From Deltaproteobacteria bacterium HGW-Deltaproteobacteria-22 (GTDB lineage: Bacteria > Myxococcota_A > Polyangia > HGW-17), in the NCBI GenBank assembly GCA_002841825.1, contig PHAZ01000001.1, forward strand, positions 3,107 through 67,106: 64,000 nucleotides of DNA, read 5' to 3'. Shown here one piece after another: positions 43,601 to 53,900 of the stretch; positions within the stretch are counted from its first letter, which is position 1; every line of letters starts with the position of its first letter. The notes below the pieces were generated by a model. That model was not told where the DNA came from. It searched no databases and saw only the letters and a list, made by a program, of their open reading frames with translations. The position numbers and the translations under genes were made by a program.

Positions 43601-43853
43601 CTGGACCGACGTTTTCACGGGTCGTGACGTGTGCCTCGTCCACGTTGGGGACGCCGTAGCCGCACGCCTGGTTGATCAACAGTTGGATCAGGAGCTCGAT
43701 GAAGCCGTGGGGGAAGTCCGCTTCGACGCGCTTGACCTCGCCGTTCCAAAGGTTGCCCCCAGGCAGGATGACAAGCTGGTCGTTCTCCAGCGTGATGGAT
43801 TTGGTGAGCCGGGGTGGCTCGTGGGACGTGAAGACCGAAATGGGCACCCTCAT
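40638..43853 (-). CDS. Phage/plasmid primase-helicase (P4-family C-terminal NTPase domain)
   Basis: 1071 aa. Walker A IIFWGPGGEGKSTFMKYVAIL and Walker B LAVFDDAP in a D5/P4-primase-type helicase domain. Large N-terminal domain. Acidic C-terminal tail. Confidence 0.65.
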   Translation of the reverse strand: MRVPISVFTSHEPPRLTKSITLENDQLVILPGGNLWNGEVKRVEADFPHGFIELLIQLLINQACGYGVPNVDEAHVTTRENVGPGDLARIRENFRFLAGLAIMMIDFDIRPGTMPLTREELVGLLVSVCPEIADCALVVTDSASTFIVNEKTGEVLKGEGGKRVYLVAKNGQDIPRAGQLLFDRLVLAGHGYIQVTKAGTMLLRTSIDGSVWQPERLDFAAGAACGKGLVQLRPAPTVKDGSVLDTVTALTALTPEEDERLKEIVAALKADAQDEADAVRAAWIEDRIQKDGQRAGRPQSPEEAQHMRDRLGVAAATHVLPDEFVLHGQAGEVTVGELLGDQEKWNGKTFSDPLEPDYHGGERLAQFIVKPGKPPYIWSFAHGGLTYTFTSIPTTSLPAPMASKASAAPSPTEKELIDQLLAIPTDTPSDQLPKVLQSFAYELVRANPVMIKKVLKAGAKHFKCTLTDLGKLIIETERQQLEKLESEGEPQEDEYVVIARGVARSTGDSLVCIEPPSRPSMTPTFHRVNTEGHLSPVRPEELHDLFNTVAGRPLEPSEFTLVAWYLATAVLEFRGGEVLQKGILCKNGFISFELDRWFTPGRPKQPAVFYVPRTFIEDPTQLPPLESLKTIQAWERWGVNIVALIEMIARLLLTRQTGICIIFWGPGGEGKSTFMKYVAILVGDSNILHAQIADFTGERRLRGISTLRGKLLAVFDDAPHNVFDILGPFIKEATTAETLTGAPVYQDATSFLNTSLIVILSNHPSIGKDRTRGGADRRNVHVWSHRIRYTAENQMDAELAWTQDEAEMDIIFSYGVHFARRYLETGTWQYTQPVEEAVYLAEALTTVEARFLWERFQQSESHYISWDDIDVAYNKWWPDYDHRDTFSHDRFFAAVEVTWGGEVCRRQEDHYRTRGVTGIKLLPKQKPTFTPKPGLADVDLGVGQVVSGQKNPRIEGYPFRGEEKEEEGGEQENIYQETGSGAGTSVGFSGHLDLPEEIVSVTANVDELEHFRLAVTSHSLSEGALHLNRVREMLPEHLRPMAKPMIDDLVAQGVISFDGTFVSMVDPEEVP

Positions 43854-44590
43854 GGTGTCACCCCCTGGTTGATTTTTTGTTTTTTGGCAGGCCGACGATC
43901 AGTCGGTACGACGAAGCTCGCGACGAGTCGATAGACCCGTGCGACGGTTTCCAGATGTTGGGGCGTGTTCGCCCTTGCGGATGCTAGACGAGGTCGTGGG
44001 CCAGGTTCATCACCCGGCCCGCTAGATGGGCCTGATTCGCCCCCGGAGGCTGAGCCCGGGGGTGATGTGGACCGGGAAGAGGATGAACTTGCCGAACGGC
44101 GTGCTCGATGTGCTCTGGCGCGGTGCTTCACGATGAAGCGGATATGTGGGACGGACGCACGCCTGGACTGAACACGCGGCTGGGGATAAGACGCTCGGTA
44201 CAACAGCCGGTATGGAAGATCAGGATCGGAGTTTTCTGGACCCAACTGGGGAGGGGAGCCAGCGGGCGGAAGCTCTTCGTTATGTCCAAATGCCATATCG
44301 TATTCTTCTTGAGTAAGCCGATTATCCATCTCGCAGGATTCATTTTCCTGGTTGTAGGTCTCCGCGTCATGGACTACAAACTCGCCCGACTTCATGAGGT
44401 CGGTGATCTTCTGGACTTGTTCCGACTGCTCTTTCTTCTTCCGCCGAATGAAGGCAGCCTCCGAGGGCCGGCCGTATCTGTTCGAGCGATTTCTCCTGAT
44501 GGTCTTCATCCACAAATCTCCGTCTCCCAACGACCGGGTCTGAGCACCGGTTGTCAAAACTGGATATAAGTCCTCCAGGATCATTTTCAA
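43850..44590 (-). CDS. Hypothetical protein (low-complexity C-terminal half; the real extent is uncertain)
   Basis: ORF only. The C-terminal Ser/Arg/Pro-rich part may be non-coding read-through. Confidence 0.3.
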   Translation of the reverse strand: MKMILEDLYPVLTTGAQTRSLGDGDLWMKTIRRNRSNRYGRPSEAAFIRRKKKEQSEQVQKITDLMKSGEFVVHDAETYNQENESCEMDNRLTQEEYDMAFGHNEELPPAGSPPQLGPENSDPDLPYRLLYRASYPQPRVQSRRASVPHIRFIVKHRARAHRARRSASSSSSRSTSPPGSASGGESGPSSGPGDEPGPRPRLASARANTPQHLETVARVYRLVASFVVPTDRRPAKKQKINQGVTP

Positions 44591-44805
44591 CCCCTAAAAT
44601 TCAGTCCGAATTATTTATTTGTAGCTCTATTGATCCACCGCCTCGTTCAGCGAGAACAACCGCGAATGACCCTGAATACCCCGGAAAATGATAGCGATTA
44701 TTATTTTAATTACCAGTGCATTTTTTTCGCGATCCGTGGGAAAAGTGCGGGTTCGTTAACACGGATTCGGCGTGATCCCGGCGACAAGGTACCTGCGCCG
44801 CGCGC

Positions 44806-47775
44806 TCAGGTGCGGGCGAGCAGATCTTCGACGGTGCTGGCGACCACGTAGCGGGCTGCGGAACCTTCATGCGCTTCCAGGGCGTGGAAGTGCGCACGAC
44901 CGCAGGCGATTTTTCCCTGTTCCTGCTGACGCAAATCTTCCACGAACAGGCTGCCCTTGGTCTCCACCACGAAGTAGAGCCGCTGCTGGTTCTCGGTTTC
45001 CACGAGCACCGCCCAGTCGGGATTGTACCCACCCAGCGGCGTGGGGATGGAGAACCACCCCGGAAGTTTCGCGTACACCCGGACGGCAGTGTTGCTTTCA
45101 AGCCCACGGGCAAAATCCGCCTCCACCTGCGAGTCGTACACGATCTCCTCCGTGGCCGACTTCTTCGTGACGAGAAGATTACGCAGGTAGCCGCTGAGCT
45201 CCTCCTGCTCGAACAATTCCTGGGCGTAGTAGCTCGCATCACCGATGCGTTGATACCGAATACCATCGACAATGGCGGAACGCTTGCACCGAGCGATGAC
45301 CTCCACCGCGAGTTCGATGAACTTCTGGGGATTGCGCTTGAAATCTCCCAGCCGGCTGCAGCGCTGCAGGATGCGGCAGAGGGTGCGGCGCGTGAGCTGG
45401 GTGCGGTTCTGCATCTCCGTAAGGATGTCCGGCAGCTCCAGACCGCCCTCCTCCAGATGGACGGTGGTATCGGCATTCAGATGGGTGGGCGTCACGCCGG
45501 CCCTTCCAATGGTTAAATCCGCCTTGCGCCACTGCATATTTACGCGCGCAATGGCAGGTGCGTTCTCGATGGCCAGCGCGCACGCCTCGATCAACTGTTC
45601 GTTGTCGAAGTCCAGGCGGTAGGTGGTCTTGAATTTGATACGATCCCACAACTCCTTGAATTCCTGGCTCTGCAGCACGGCCTGGCGAGGCTGGACGCGC
45701 CTTCGTTCGTCGGCGTTTTTCACGTCCAGGCGTCCGGCCAGTTTTTTTAACATGGCAGTAATAGGCTCCCGGGAGGCGAGGAAGCGCTCCGGCAGCTGCA
45801 ATCTTCCGGAAGCCAGCACCTGTCTGAGCTTGTCCGTCACGCGTCCCTGCGCGTCGATGAAGCCCTCCGCCAACAGGAACTCCCACAACTGGCCTGATGG
45901 CTCCCGCCCCAGTGCGGTGGTCACACCATCGCTTCCGGTCACGGGAAGGGCGGCGAACTGGTCCTTTTCCACCACGCCGAAGCGGATGCCGGTGTCCTGT
46001 TCGATTTCCTTCTGAAGGTTCTCGGCGAAGCGTTCGTAGCTCTCCCGTGCCACCACGGTCAGCGTGTTGATCTCGAATCCACGCACACGCTGGCCTTCCT
46101 GGTTCACGCAAAGGCGCAGTCCGCGGCCGATGGTCTGCCGACGCTCCCGCTCCGAACGCATGTCACGCAGCGCGCAAATCTGGAACACGTTGGGACTGTC
46201 CCAGCCTTCCCGCAGCGCGGAATGGGAGAAGATGAACTTCAGCGGCGTGTTCAAATCGAGCAGCCGCTCCTTGTCCTTCATGATGAGGTTGTAGGCGCGC
46301 TCTGCGTTCTCCCTGTTGGTCTGGTTGCTCTCGGTGGTGTCCGACCACCCACCCTTGCGGTCGATGGAAAAATACCCGTCGTGAACATCCCGGGCGACAT
46401 GGGTCTGATCCACCTCACCAAAGAGCGAGGCGAAGTCAGGATGCCGGGCTGCACGCAGGTATTCCTCCTCGAAGATCGTGGCGTACACACCGGCAACCGC
46501 CTGCCCCTGTTCGTCGTATTGGCGATACCGAGATACCTGGTCGATGAAGAACAGGGACAGCACTTTAATGCCCTGTGGCCGGAGCCGTTTCTCCTTCTCC
46601 AGGTGCTCCCGGATGGTCCGTCGGATCATCTGCCGGTGAACGGCCAGATCGTCCACATCTCCTTCGACCTCGCCGGGACGAAGGAAGACATCTTTTCCCG
46701 GACAGTTCAGTTCCATGAACTCTTTGCCTTTAGCCGCGCGCAGCTCCCCTACGCGGTAGTTTGCGTACAGGGCACGCCCCGTGGTCTGCTCCAGATCATC
46801 TCCGGCCTGCAGCGTCACTTCCATGCGCTGCACGCTGCTCTTCTTCTGCACGTCGAGTTCCACGCGAGCCCGGATTTCACCCTTGCGCGCATCCACACGA
46901 ACCAATCGCACGTAGGGCTTGTTGTATGCGTCCTCCACGGTCGCGGCCGCCACCTCGATTTGTTTGACGAGCTTGCGTTCGTAGGCGTCGACGGCGTCGA
47001 GTCGATATACCATCGCATGCTTGTCTGCATGGGTGGCCGAATACCGCAGCGTGCACATCGGGGACATGGCTCCCAGCGCCTCCTTGCCGCGTCCCTCCAG
47101 TCCACCGTCCACGCTCTGCGGCTCATCCACGATCAACACCGGTCGCGTGGCGCGGATCAGGTCGATGGGCTTTTCCCCGCCCGTCTTCTCACTCTCCTTG
47201 TACAGGTTGTTGACGTCCTTCTTGTTGATGGCGCCCACCGTCACGACCATGATCTGGATATGCGGACTCGTGGCGAAGTTCCGGACCTGTCCGAGCTTGG
47301 ACGAATCGTACAGAAAGTACTCGTAATGCACGCCGGCGTAGAGTCCCTTGAAGTGCTCCTCCGTGATCTGCAGCGACTTGTACACGCCTTCCTTGATGGC
47401 GATCGACGGCACCACGATGACGAACTTGGTGAACCCGAAGCGCAGATTCAACTCGAAGATCGTGCGCAGATAGACGTAGGTCTTGCCCGTGCCCGTCTCC
47501 ATCTCCACCGTGAAATCTCCGGCACCCAGATCCACCGAAGGAGCCAGTCCGTTGTGGAGCTGGACCTCGTGCAGGTTCTTCATCAGTTCGTCATCGAGCA
47601 GCGTCAGCCGGTTCCCAATGCCCAGGCCGCTCTCGAACACGTTCTCCATCCGTCCCACGGCGGCCCGCGTGACGGTGAACTCGGTGCGACAGACTTCCTG
47701 GCCCCGGAAGAGCCCGCATACCGCGTCGACAGCCTGCAGTTGGTAGTCCAGTTGGGGCTCGAAGTGCAGCTTCAT
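44806..47775 (-). CDS. res: Type III restriction enzyme, Res subunit (SF2 helicase + endonuclease)
   Basis: N-terminal MKLHFEPQLDYQLQAVDAV typical of Res. Motif I EMETGTGKTY. Motif II LIVDEPQS. Helicase C-terminal motifs. About 990 aa. Confidence 0.85.
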   Translation of the reverse strand: MKLHFEPQLDYQLQAVDAVCGLFRGQEVCRTEFTVTRAAVGRMENVFESGLGIGNRLTLLDDELMKNLHEVQLHNGLAPSVDLGAGDFTVEMETGTGKTYVYLRTIFELNLRFGFTKFVIVVPSIAIKEGVYKSLQITEEHFKGLYAGVHYEYFLYDSSKLGQVRNFATSPHIQIMVVTVGAINKKDVNNLYKESEKTGGEKPIDLIRATRPVLIVDEPQSVDGGLEGRGKEALGAMSPMCTLRYSATHADKHAMVYRLDAVDAYERKLVKQIEVAAATVEDAYNKPYVRLVRVDARKGEIRARVELDVQKKSSVQRMEVTLQAGDDLEQTTGRALYANYRVGELRAAKGKEFMELNCPGKDVFLRPGEVEGDVDDLAVHRQMIRRTIREHLEKEKRLRPQGIKVLSLFFIDQVSRYRQYDEQGQAVAGVYATIFEEEYLRAARHPDFASLFGEVDQTHVARDVHDGYFSIDRKGGWSDTTESNQTNRENAERAYNLIMKDKERLLDLNTPLKFIFSHSALREGWDSPNVFQICALRDMRSERERRQTIGRGLRLCVNQEGQRVRGFEINTLTVVARESYERFAENLQKEIEQDTGIRFGVVEKDQFAALPVTGSDGVTTALGREPSGQLWEFLLAEGFIDAQGRVTDKLRQVLASGRLQLPERFLASREPITAMLKKLAGRLDVKNADERRRVQPRQAVLQSQEFKELWDRIKFKTTYRLDFDNEQLIEACALAIENAPAIARVNMQWRKADLTIGRAGVTPTHLNADTTVHLEEGGLELPDILTEMQNRTQLTRRTLCRILQRCSRLGDFKRNPQKFIELAVEVIARCKRSAIVDGIRYQRIGDASYYAQELFEQEELSGYLRNLLVTKKSATEEIVYDSQVEADFARGLESNTAVRVYAKLPGWFSIPTPLGGYNPDWAVLVETENQQRLYFVVETKGSLFVEDLRQQEQGKIACGRAHFHALEAHEGSAARYVVASTVEDLLART

Positions 47776-48191
47776 GATTCGTCCCCAGCGATGGAGCGTC
47801 GCAGGATGGCCGCCCGCTCGGACTCGATGAGCAGCATCGATAGATTAAGAAATGCCCGAAAATCGAAGATCGCCAGCACGGTCGTTTTGGTAACGAAATT
47901 CGTTTCGTCACCAAAATGACCCTGAAGGCATAGCTTGAACGATTTCAATCGGGTGCCGCGCAGGACCTCGTAGCCGTTTTTGGTCAACTCCTCGCCGTAT
48001 CTATCCAGATAGTTGTCGATGGTCCGAGGGGTCACCTCGAAGAAAGCGGCGACTTGTTCCTTCAAGACCACGGTCTTTCCCTCGAAGGGAATTCCCTGGA
48101 TACCCGCGGCCTTCTCAATCTCCGAAAGCGCGTAGGGGTTGTTCAGGATGTTCTGGCGATCGATCTCCGAGGAGGTCAGGTCCTTTCCCAT
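47772..48191 (-). CDS. Small protein between mod and res, RhuM-family-like putative DNA-binding protein
   Basis: 140 aa after trimming the track ORF to MGKDL.... The VLKEQVAAFFEVTPRTIDNYLDRYGEEL segment resembles the N-terminal HTH-like region of RhuM-type proteins that commonly interrupt R-M loci. Start and stop overlap the mod and res genes. Confidence 0.4.
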   Translation of the reverse strand: MGKDLTSSEIDRQNILNNPYALSEIEKAAGIQGIPFEGKTVVLKEQVAAFFEVTPRTIDNYLDRYGEELTKNGYEVLRGTRLKSFKLCLQGHFGDETNFVTKTTVLAIFDFRAFLNLSMLLIESERAAILRRSIAGDES

Positions 48192-48193
48192 GG

Positions 48194-50113
48194 TTACAAA
48201 CTCCTCACGTTGGTGACGCCGTGCTGCAGCAGGATCGCCGACAAGTTGACCTTGGCGACATCGTCGACGAACGCACCATCGCGAAAGACGCAAGTCGGAT
48301 CTCCAGCGGTGCCCAACTCCCGTCGCCAGCCCACGATGCCCAGCGCCAGGGGTTCGATCTGCTCCCGGGAGATCTTTTCCGCCAGACAGGTCACCAGCGT
48401 ACCGCCGCCGATGGCGCTGACTTCCAGTCCGGCGATGGTTCTTTTCTGTAGGGGTACGCACAGGTCCAGACCCAGCTTGAGCAGGACTTCGTAGAGCAGA
48501 TCCTGCTCCGTGCGTCCGGGTTTGACGTGCTCGACGGCATCCAGCAGCGAGCGTTCCAGGTCGCGATGATCCGGGTCCCACTCCCGCAGGTTGGTGGCGT
48601 CGAGTTTGAACACGCGGAAACCAAGGTCAGGAGGCACCGGTTTCATCCCTTCGCTTTCCGAGAAGAGGTCACCCTGACGAGTACTCTCTGTCGCTTGCAG
48701 CTCTTCGGTAATCTTCTTTCCCGCTCGCCGCAGACGCTCCTTGGTGATATCGGAGATATTAACTATGGATTCCGAGATCCTTTCCTTTAGTGGCTCTTGC
48801 AGTTGAATAATAATGAATCTTTTATTTAGATTACTTGAAAGGTTCTGTGCCATTACTGCGTGGGCTGTCGTTCCAGATCCAGCAAAAAAATCAAGAACTA
48901 TCCCTTCTTCATCTGGGGAGAAGGCTAGTTGAATCATTCTACTAATAAGCAATGTAGGTTTTGGCGTGTCAAAAGATTCACTTTCGGGGAATAGTGCTCT
49001 CATCTGATTTTTCGAGGTTCGATTGCTCCCAACATCTTCTTTTCGCCAAAGCGTCCGAGGAGTGAGATCTCCGACTTCAGTAAGGTATCTTTTTATACTA
49101 GGTCGCGCGTCATTAGTTGGTCCCCACCAGATTCTGCCGTCAGAATCCAGTTCTTGAAGTTTTTCTTCTGAGATTCTCCAAAATCTTCCAGGTGGGGGTG
49201 AGAAAGTTCGCCCCGTTGGGCCTTTCACAGAATATTTTCCTTTGGAATAAGGCTTATTTGCGTAGGGATCACCGGGCAGCCATTCTCCACGAGGATCATT
49301 ATCTGGATTATTGTAAATGGAATTAGCCTCTTCTGTGCGAGGTAAGCGGGATGGTACCCATTCAGGTGATTTTGAATAAACAATTAGGAAATCATGGTCT
49401 TCGGAAAATTGACGTGCTGTATTTCTCGGTGAATCGGCTTTTTCCCAAATCACGGTAGCGACGAAATTCTCAGAACCAAAAATGTCATCCATAATCATCC
49501 GCAGGTTCGCCACTTCGTTGTCGTCGATGCTGACGAAGATCACGCCGTCGTCTCGCAACAGAGTGCGGGCCAGCTTCAGGCGCGGATACATCATGTTCAG
49601 CCAGTCCGTGTGGAAACGTCCGCTGGCTTCGGTGTTGGAGGAGATTTTCTTCCCACCCTCGACCTGTCCCGTCAACTCCAGGTAGTTGCGGATGCTGTCC
49701 TGGAAGTTGTCCGGATACACGAAGTCCTTGCCGGTGTTGTAGGGCGGATCGATGTAGATCAACTTCACGCGACCGGCGTAGCTCTTCTGCAGCAACTTGA
49801 GCACTTCGAGGTTGTCGCCCTCGATTAGCACGTTCTGGGTGGTGTCCCAGTCCACGCTGTCTTCAGGACAAGGCCGCAAGGTACCCGTGGAGGGTAAAAG
49901 CGCTGCCTGTCGTGCCTGCCGTTTGCCGAACCAGTTCAGTCCGAACTTCTCCTCCCGATCCTCGACGCGACCTCCCAGTAGTTGACGCAGCACCTCGAAG
50001 TCGACCTTCCCTTCGACGAAGGCCTCCGGAAACAAAGCGCGCAACTGCTCCAGGTTCTCTGTCACGAGCTCCAGGGAGTGCGTCATCGGGTCGGTGGGTT
50101 CGATTTTCTTCAT
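48194..50113 (-). CDS. mod: Type III restriction-modification DNA methyltransferase, Mod subunit (N6-adenine)
   Basis: DPPYN catalytic motif (LIYIDPPYNTGKDF). SAM motif FFAGSGTTAHAV. 639 aa. Confidence 0.85.
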   Translation of the reverse strand: MKKIEPTDPMTHSLELVTENLEQLRALFPEAFVEGKVDFEVLRQLLGGRVEDREEKFGLNWFGKRQARQAALLPSTGTLRPCPEDSVDWDTTQNVLIEGDNLEVLKLLQKSYAGRVKLIYIDPPYNTGKDFVYPDNFQDSIRNYLELTGQVEGGKKISSNTEASGRFHTDWLNMMYPRLKLARTLLRDDGVIFVSIDDNEVANLRMIMDDIFGSENFVATVIWEKADSPRNTARQFSEDHDFLIVYSKSPEWVPSRLPRTEEANSIYNNPDNDPRGEWLPGDPYANKPYSKGKYSVKGPTGRTFSPPPGRFWRISEEKLQELDSDGRIWWGPTNDARPSIKRYLTEVGDLTPRTLWRKEDVGSNRTSKNQMRALFPESESFDTPKPTLLISRMIQLAFSPDEEGIVLDFFAGSGTTAHAVMAQNLSSNLNKRFIIIQLQEPLKERISESIVNISDITKERLRRAGKKITEELQATESTRQGDLFSESEGMKPVPPDLGFRVFKLDATNLREWDPDHRDLERSLLDAVEHVKPGRTEQDLLYEVLLKLGLDLCVPLQKRTIAGLEVSAIGGGTLVTCLAEKISREQIEPLALGIVGWRRELGTAGDPTCVFRDGAFVDDVAKVNLSAILLQHGVTNVRSL

Positions 50114-50136
50114 CGTGTTGACTCCATGCTACGGGC

Positions 50137-50907
50137 TTACAAACGGCGCTTCCACATTTCCAGTTCCCGCTGCGCCTGCGCCAACTCGTCATTGAGCTGC
50201 ACCTGGCGGGCGATCTGCTTTTCCCGACGGGCAGCGGATCGAAGCCGGGTCATCATGCTACCGATTCGCGCCACCTCCCGCAATGCTTCTTCTCGTTCCC
50301 TGGCCCGCTCGGGAGTGGCGCAGATCGAGAAGTTCCCCAGGATGCGGGCAGTCTGCAGGGCCAGCAGAGCATCGATCCAGCTCTGATACAGTTGGTGCAT
50401 GTGCATGCGCCGCTGGTTTCCCAAGGCCAGACTGCCACGGAAATCCAGCAGGAAAGGCGCGTCGGGATCGGTGATGGAGCCCACGGTCACGACCTTGCCG
50501 TCAAGCACCGTTCGGGAAGGATCCTGGAGGGCACGTCGGATGTGCACCGCCGATAACTGGGTGCAGTCGGCCTGCTCGGTGAGCAGCAGCACCGGATAGG
50601 GAACGGACCGATGCACGCGTTCCACCATGCGTCCGATCCGTGCTTGCGGACGAAGCGACAGGTGCAGCACGGCGATCTCCTGGTAGTCTCGCGCAGATTC
50701 GCGATAAGCAGGAACGCCGATGGTGGTGGGCTTGAGCGTGGCCAGCCAGAACAGGGCGACAACACCTTCCGAGATAGCCTTGCGATCCGCCGGGGAAAAG
50801 ACTGCATTTTCCAACAGCAATTTCTTTGGAATGCGCAGGTTCAATCGACACGTGTCCGGAAGATCCAGCGCCGCTACGAGATCGTCGGAGTTGAAGATCT
50901 CCTTCAC
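50137..50907 (-). CDS. DUF4391-like protein (helicase/R-M-associated, function unknown)
   Basis: 256 aa. Position and size match DUF4391-family proteins found between SNF2 helicase and type III mod genes. Assigned from memory of that family and its context, not from a search. Confidence 0.5.
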   Translation of the reverse strand: MKEIFNSDDLVAALDLPDTCRLNLRIPKKLLLENAVFSPADRKAISEGVVALFWLATLKPTTIGVPAYRESARDYQEIAVLHLSLRPQARIGRMVERVHRSVPYPVLLLTEQADCTQLSAVHIRRALQDPSRTVLDGKVVTVGSITDPDAPFLLDFRGSLALGNQRRMHMHQLYQSWIDALLALQTARILGNFSICATPERAREREEALREVARIGSMMTRLRSAARREKQIARQVQLNDELAQAQRELEMWKRRL

Positions 50908-53900
50908 TGCGGTTTTCCTCGATCGTCTTCGTCGGAAAGCACTACCAAAAAGGCGAGCACCTCGAAGTCCTGGCTGCCGGAGAATTCCCCGGTGACTGCG
51001 TGCGTGCCCCCCGGTGAGAACAGACTGGCTGCGGCCTTCTCTTCGCTCTTTCCTGCGATGGAGGCAATGGCAGCAGAGAGCGCACGCTGGGCCTTGCGCA
51101 TGTCGAAGCCGTTCTTTGTTTCTCGATCAAAACGGTTGACCGCGCCCGCATCCACAAGGTCGCGGCCGATGCACAGCCGTTTGATGCGATCCAGGAGTTT
51201 CTTCGTCTGGGTGTAAGGCAACACTACGGTGCCATCATCGGTCACGTGCACGAGGAAGTGCGGTGCCAGCGGATACCCGTCGGAAGAGAACCGTGAGGCG
51301 GCAGGTCCCTCAGCGCGCAGGCAGAACAGGAAACCAGGTGGGATGTCGATCTCATGCGTCGTGGTGACGGCAAACGAACCGAAGGGGGCACTGTCGAGCG
51401 TTCCGGGATGGGCCTTCAGATGGCGCGCCAGATCGATGCGGAAATCCGTGAGCGTGAGATCGGCGATGGAAACGCCGGAGGAAAGATCCTCCAGGTCGAT
51501 GACGGCATCCTGAAGCTTGAGTAGCTGCTTGCGCCGGTATTCCAGATCGTTCATCTGGTTGCCGACCGCAGCCTGGATGAGGTTCTCCTCGCCCGTGGCG
51601 GAGATGTCCAGCAGCACCATGCGTCCGCCGACGCGCTGTTCCAGGTTGATGTACTCTTCGAGCTCCATGTTGGGCCAGAAGTTGATCAACTGGATACGGT
51701 CGTTGGGGCTGCCGATGCGGTCGATGCGGCCGAACCGCTGGATGATGCGCACGGGGTTCCAGTGGATGTCGTAATTGATGAGCGTGTCGCAGTCCTGCAG
51801 GTTCTGTCCTTCGGAAATGCAATCGGTGGCGATGAGCAGATCGAGCTCCCCTTCATCGGCTAGAGCTTCCGGCCGTTCCTTGGAACGCGGCGAGAAGGCC
51901 GTGAGAATGTTGGCCAGCTCACGGCGGAGTTTGGGCAGCGTCGTCTGGTTGGTGCCGGCACCGGTCACCAGGGCGCTTTCAATCTGATGCGTCTGTTTGG
52001 CCCAGGTGGCCAGATGTTCGTAGAGATAGCGGGCCGTATCCGCGAAGGCGGTGAAGACGATGACCTTCCGATTGCCGTGATTGACCGGATGCTTGAGCTT
52101 GTGCTCGATGACGCCTTTGAGGTTCGCCAGCTTCGCGTCTCGTGCAGCATCCACCTGATGCGCGGCCTGCACGAGCGTGGACAGGCGGTTGCGATCCTCG
52201 ATGAGATCCTGCCTCCAGCGGATAAGGTCCACATCGTGGAGGAGTACTTTAATCTTGCGACCCACGAGCTGGCTCTCGAACTCGGGATCCTCGATGTCCA
52301 TTTCCTCGATGTCGATGGCTTCCACCTCCTCGCTGGTGGGCTGCTGTTCGATGCGGTCGAGCATGGCTTCCACGTCGTCGAGTTGTCGCTGCATGGTGAG
52401 CTGGAAGGACGTGACGGAACTTTCCATCCGCTTGAGTGCGTTGATGCGGATCAATTGAATGAGACTGTCCTCACGGTCCTTCTGACGGAAAAAACCTTCG
52501 CCGCTGCTGAGCACGGTGCTGTACTTGCGATCGTAGGACTCCTGCCGGTGTGCCAGCACGTATCGCAGCGGTGCGTAGGCCGCCAGGTGCAGGTGTCGGA
52601 TCTCCGAGTTGATCGCGGCGATGGGAGGAAACACGCCGGCGTTGTCGACATCGGCCTTGATGTTGATCGGGGTCAAGCGATCCGGAAAACGGCCCGTCTC
52701 CTCGATGCCGTAGTACTTCTCGATGTGCTTGCGGGAGCGTGCAATTGTGAGCAGATCCAGCAGGGTGAAGTAGTCGAAGCCCAGCATGTCCACCAGGCGC
52801 AAGGGAGTCCGTTCTGCCTCGTCCAGTGTGAGCCAGCGATTGAACTGCTTCTGCGCGATGCGGGTGGTGGTGTCGATGCTGGCGATCCCATACTCCTCCA
52901 GGGCGGTGTCCTTGCCCTCAGTGGCGAACGCGATCTGGTTGCGCAAATCGGCCAGGCGGTTGTTCACGGGAGTGGCCGAGAGCATCAGCACGCGCGTCTT
53001 CACGCCTTCCTGGATAAGCTTGCGCATCAACTTGCCGTAGCGGGTTTCCCCGTCCATGTGCGGCGTGCGGCGATTGCGGAAGTTGTGCGACTCGTCGATG
53101 ACCACGAGGTCGTAGTTGCCCCAGTTGATGTGCGCGAGATTGATATCGCCGGAGATACCACCATCGCGCGAAAGGTCCGTGTGATTGAGCACGTCGTAAG
53201 AGAGACGATCTGCAGCGAGGATGTTGCGACAGTCGTTGGCCTTGTAAATCGTCCAGTTGTCACGCAGACGTTTGGGACACAGCACCAGCACCCGATCGTT
53301 GCGCAGCTCATGGTACTTGATGATGGCCAGCGCCTCGAAGGTCTTTCCCAGACCGACGCTGTCGGCGATGATGCAACCGCCGTGACGTTCGAGCTTGTCG
53401 ATGGCACCGATGACACCATCCCGCTGGAATTTGTAGAGCTTCTTCCAGACCATGGTGTTGCGGATGCCGGTGGCCGATTTGATGATGCGATCCTCGTCGA
53501 GATCGTCCTGCCTGTCAGAGAACAGATGGAACAGCATCAGCGCATACAGGGAGGTGGGATCGCGTGGGGTGGCGATATCCTGTAACGCCTGTAGCAGAGC
53601 CTGCGAATTAGTTCCGTCGGAACGTCGCGCATTCCACTGCGCCTCAAACCATTGGGCCACGGAGTCCGCTTCTTCGCTAGTCTGGGAAGCCTGGATCAAA
53701 TTCATGGGATTGCCCGGCGTCAAACCTAGGCCGTCGGTCGAAAACGACAAGGTTCCCGACAGTGCCAGAACCGGCTTTCCATCTGGGTTTGAAACGACCC
53801 AGGTGCCCTGCGGGATCGCTCCCTGCGCAAATCGAAACTCCACCTGCGAGGATGTCAACCAAGCCATACAATGGTTCGCCCAATGCCGCAACTGCAGCCG

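Noticed and set aside
46222-47919. 565-aa plus-strand ORF inside res
   Set aside because: Antisense to the Res helicase gene with clear SF2 motifs.
47772-48581. Full 269-aa track ORF between mod and res
   Set aside because: The N-terminal 129 aa overlap the mod gene in another frame and are Arg/Gly/Pro junk. Trimmed to the 140-aa ORF starting MGKDL, which has coherent sequence and operon-consistent boundaries.
51987-53585. 532-aa plus-strand ORF inside the SNF2 helicase gene
   Set aside because: Antisense to a gene with all SNF2 motifs. No independent support.
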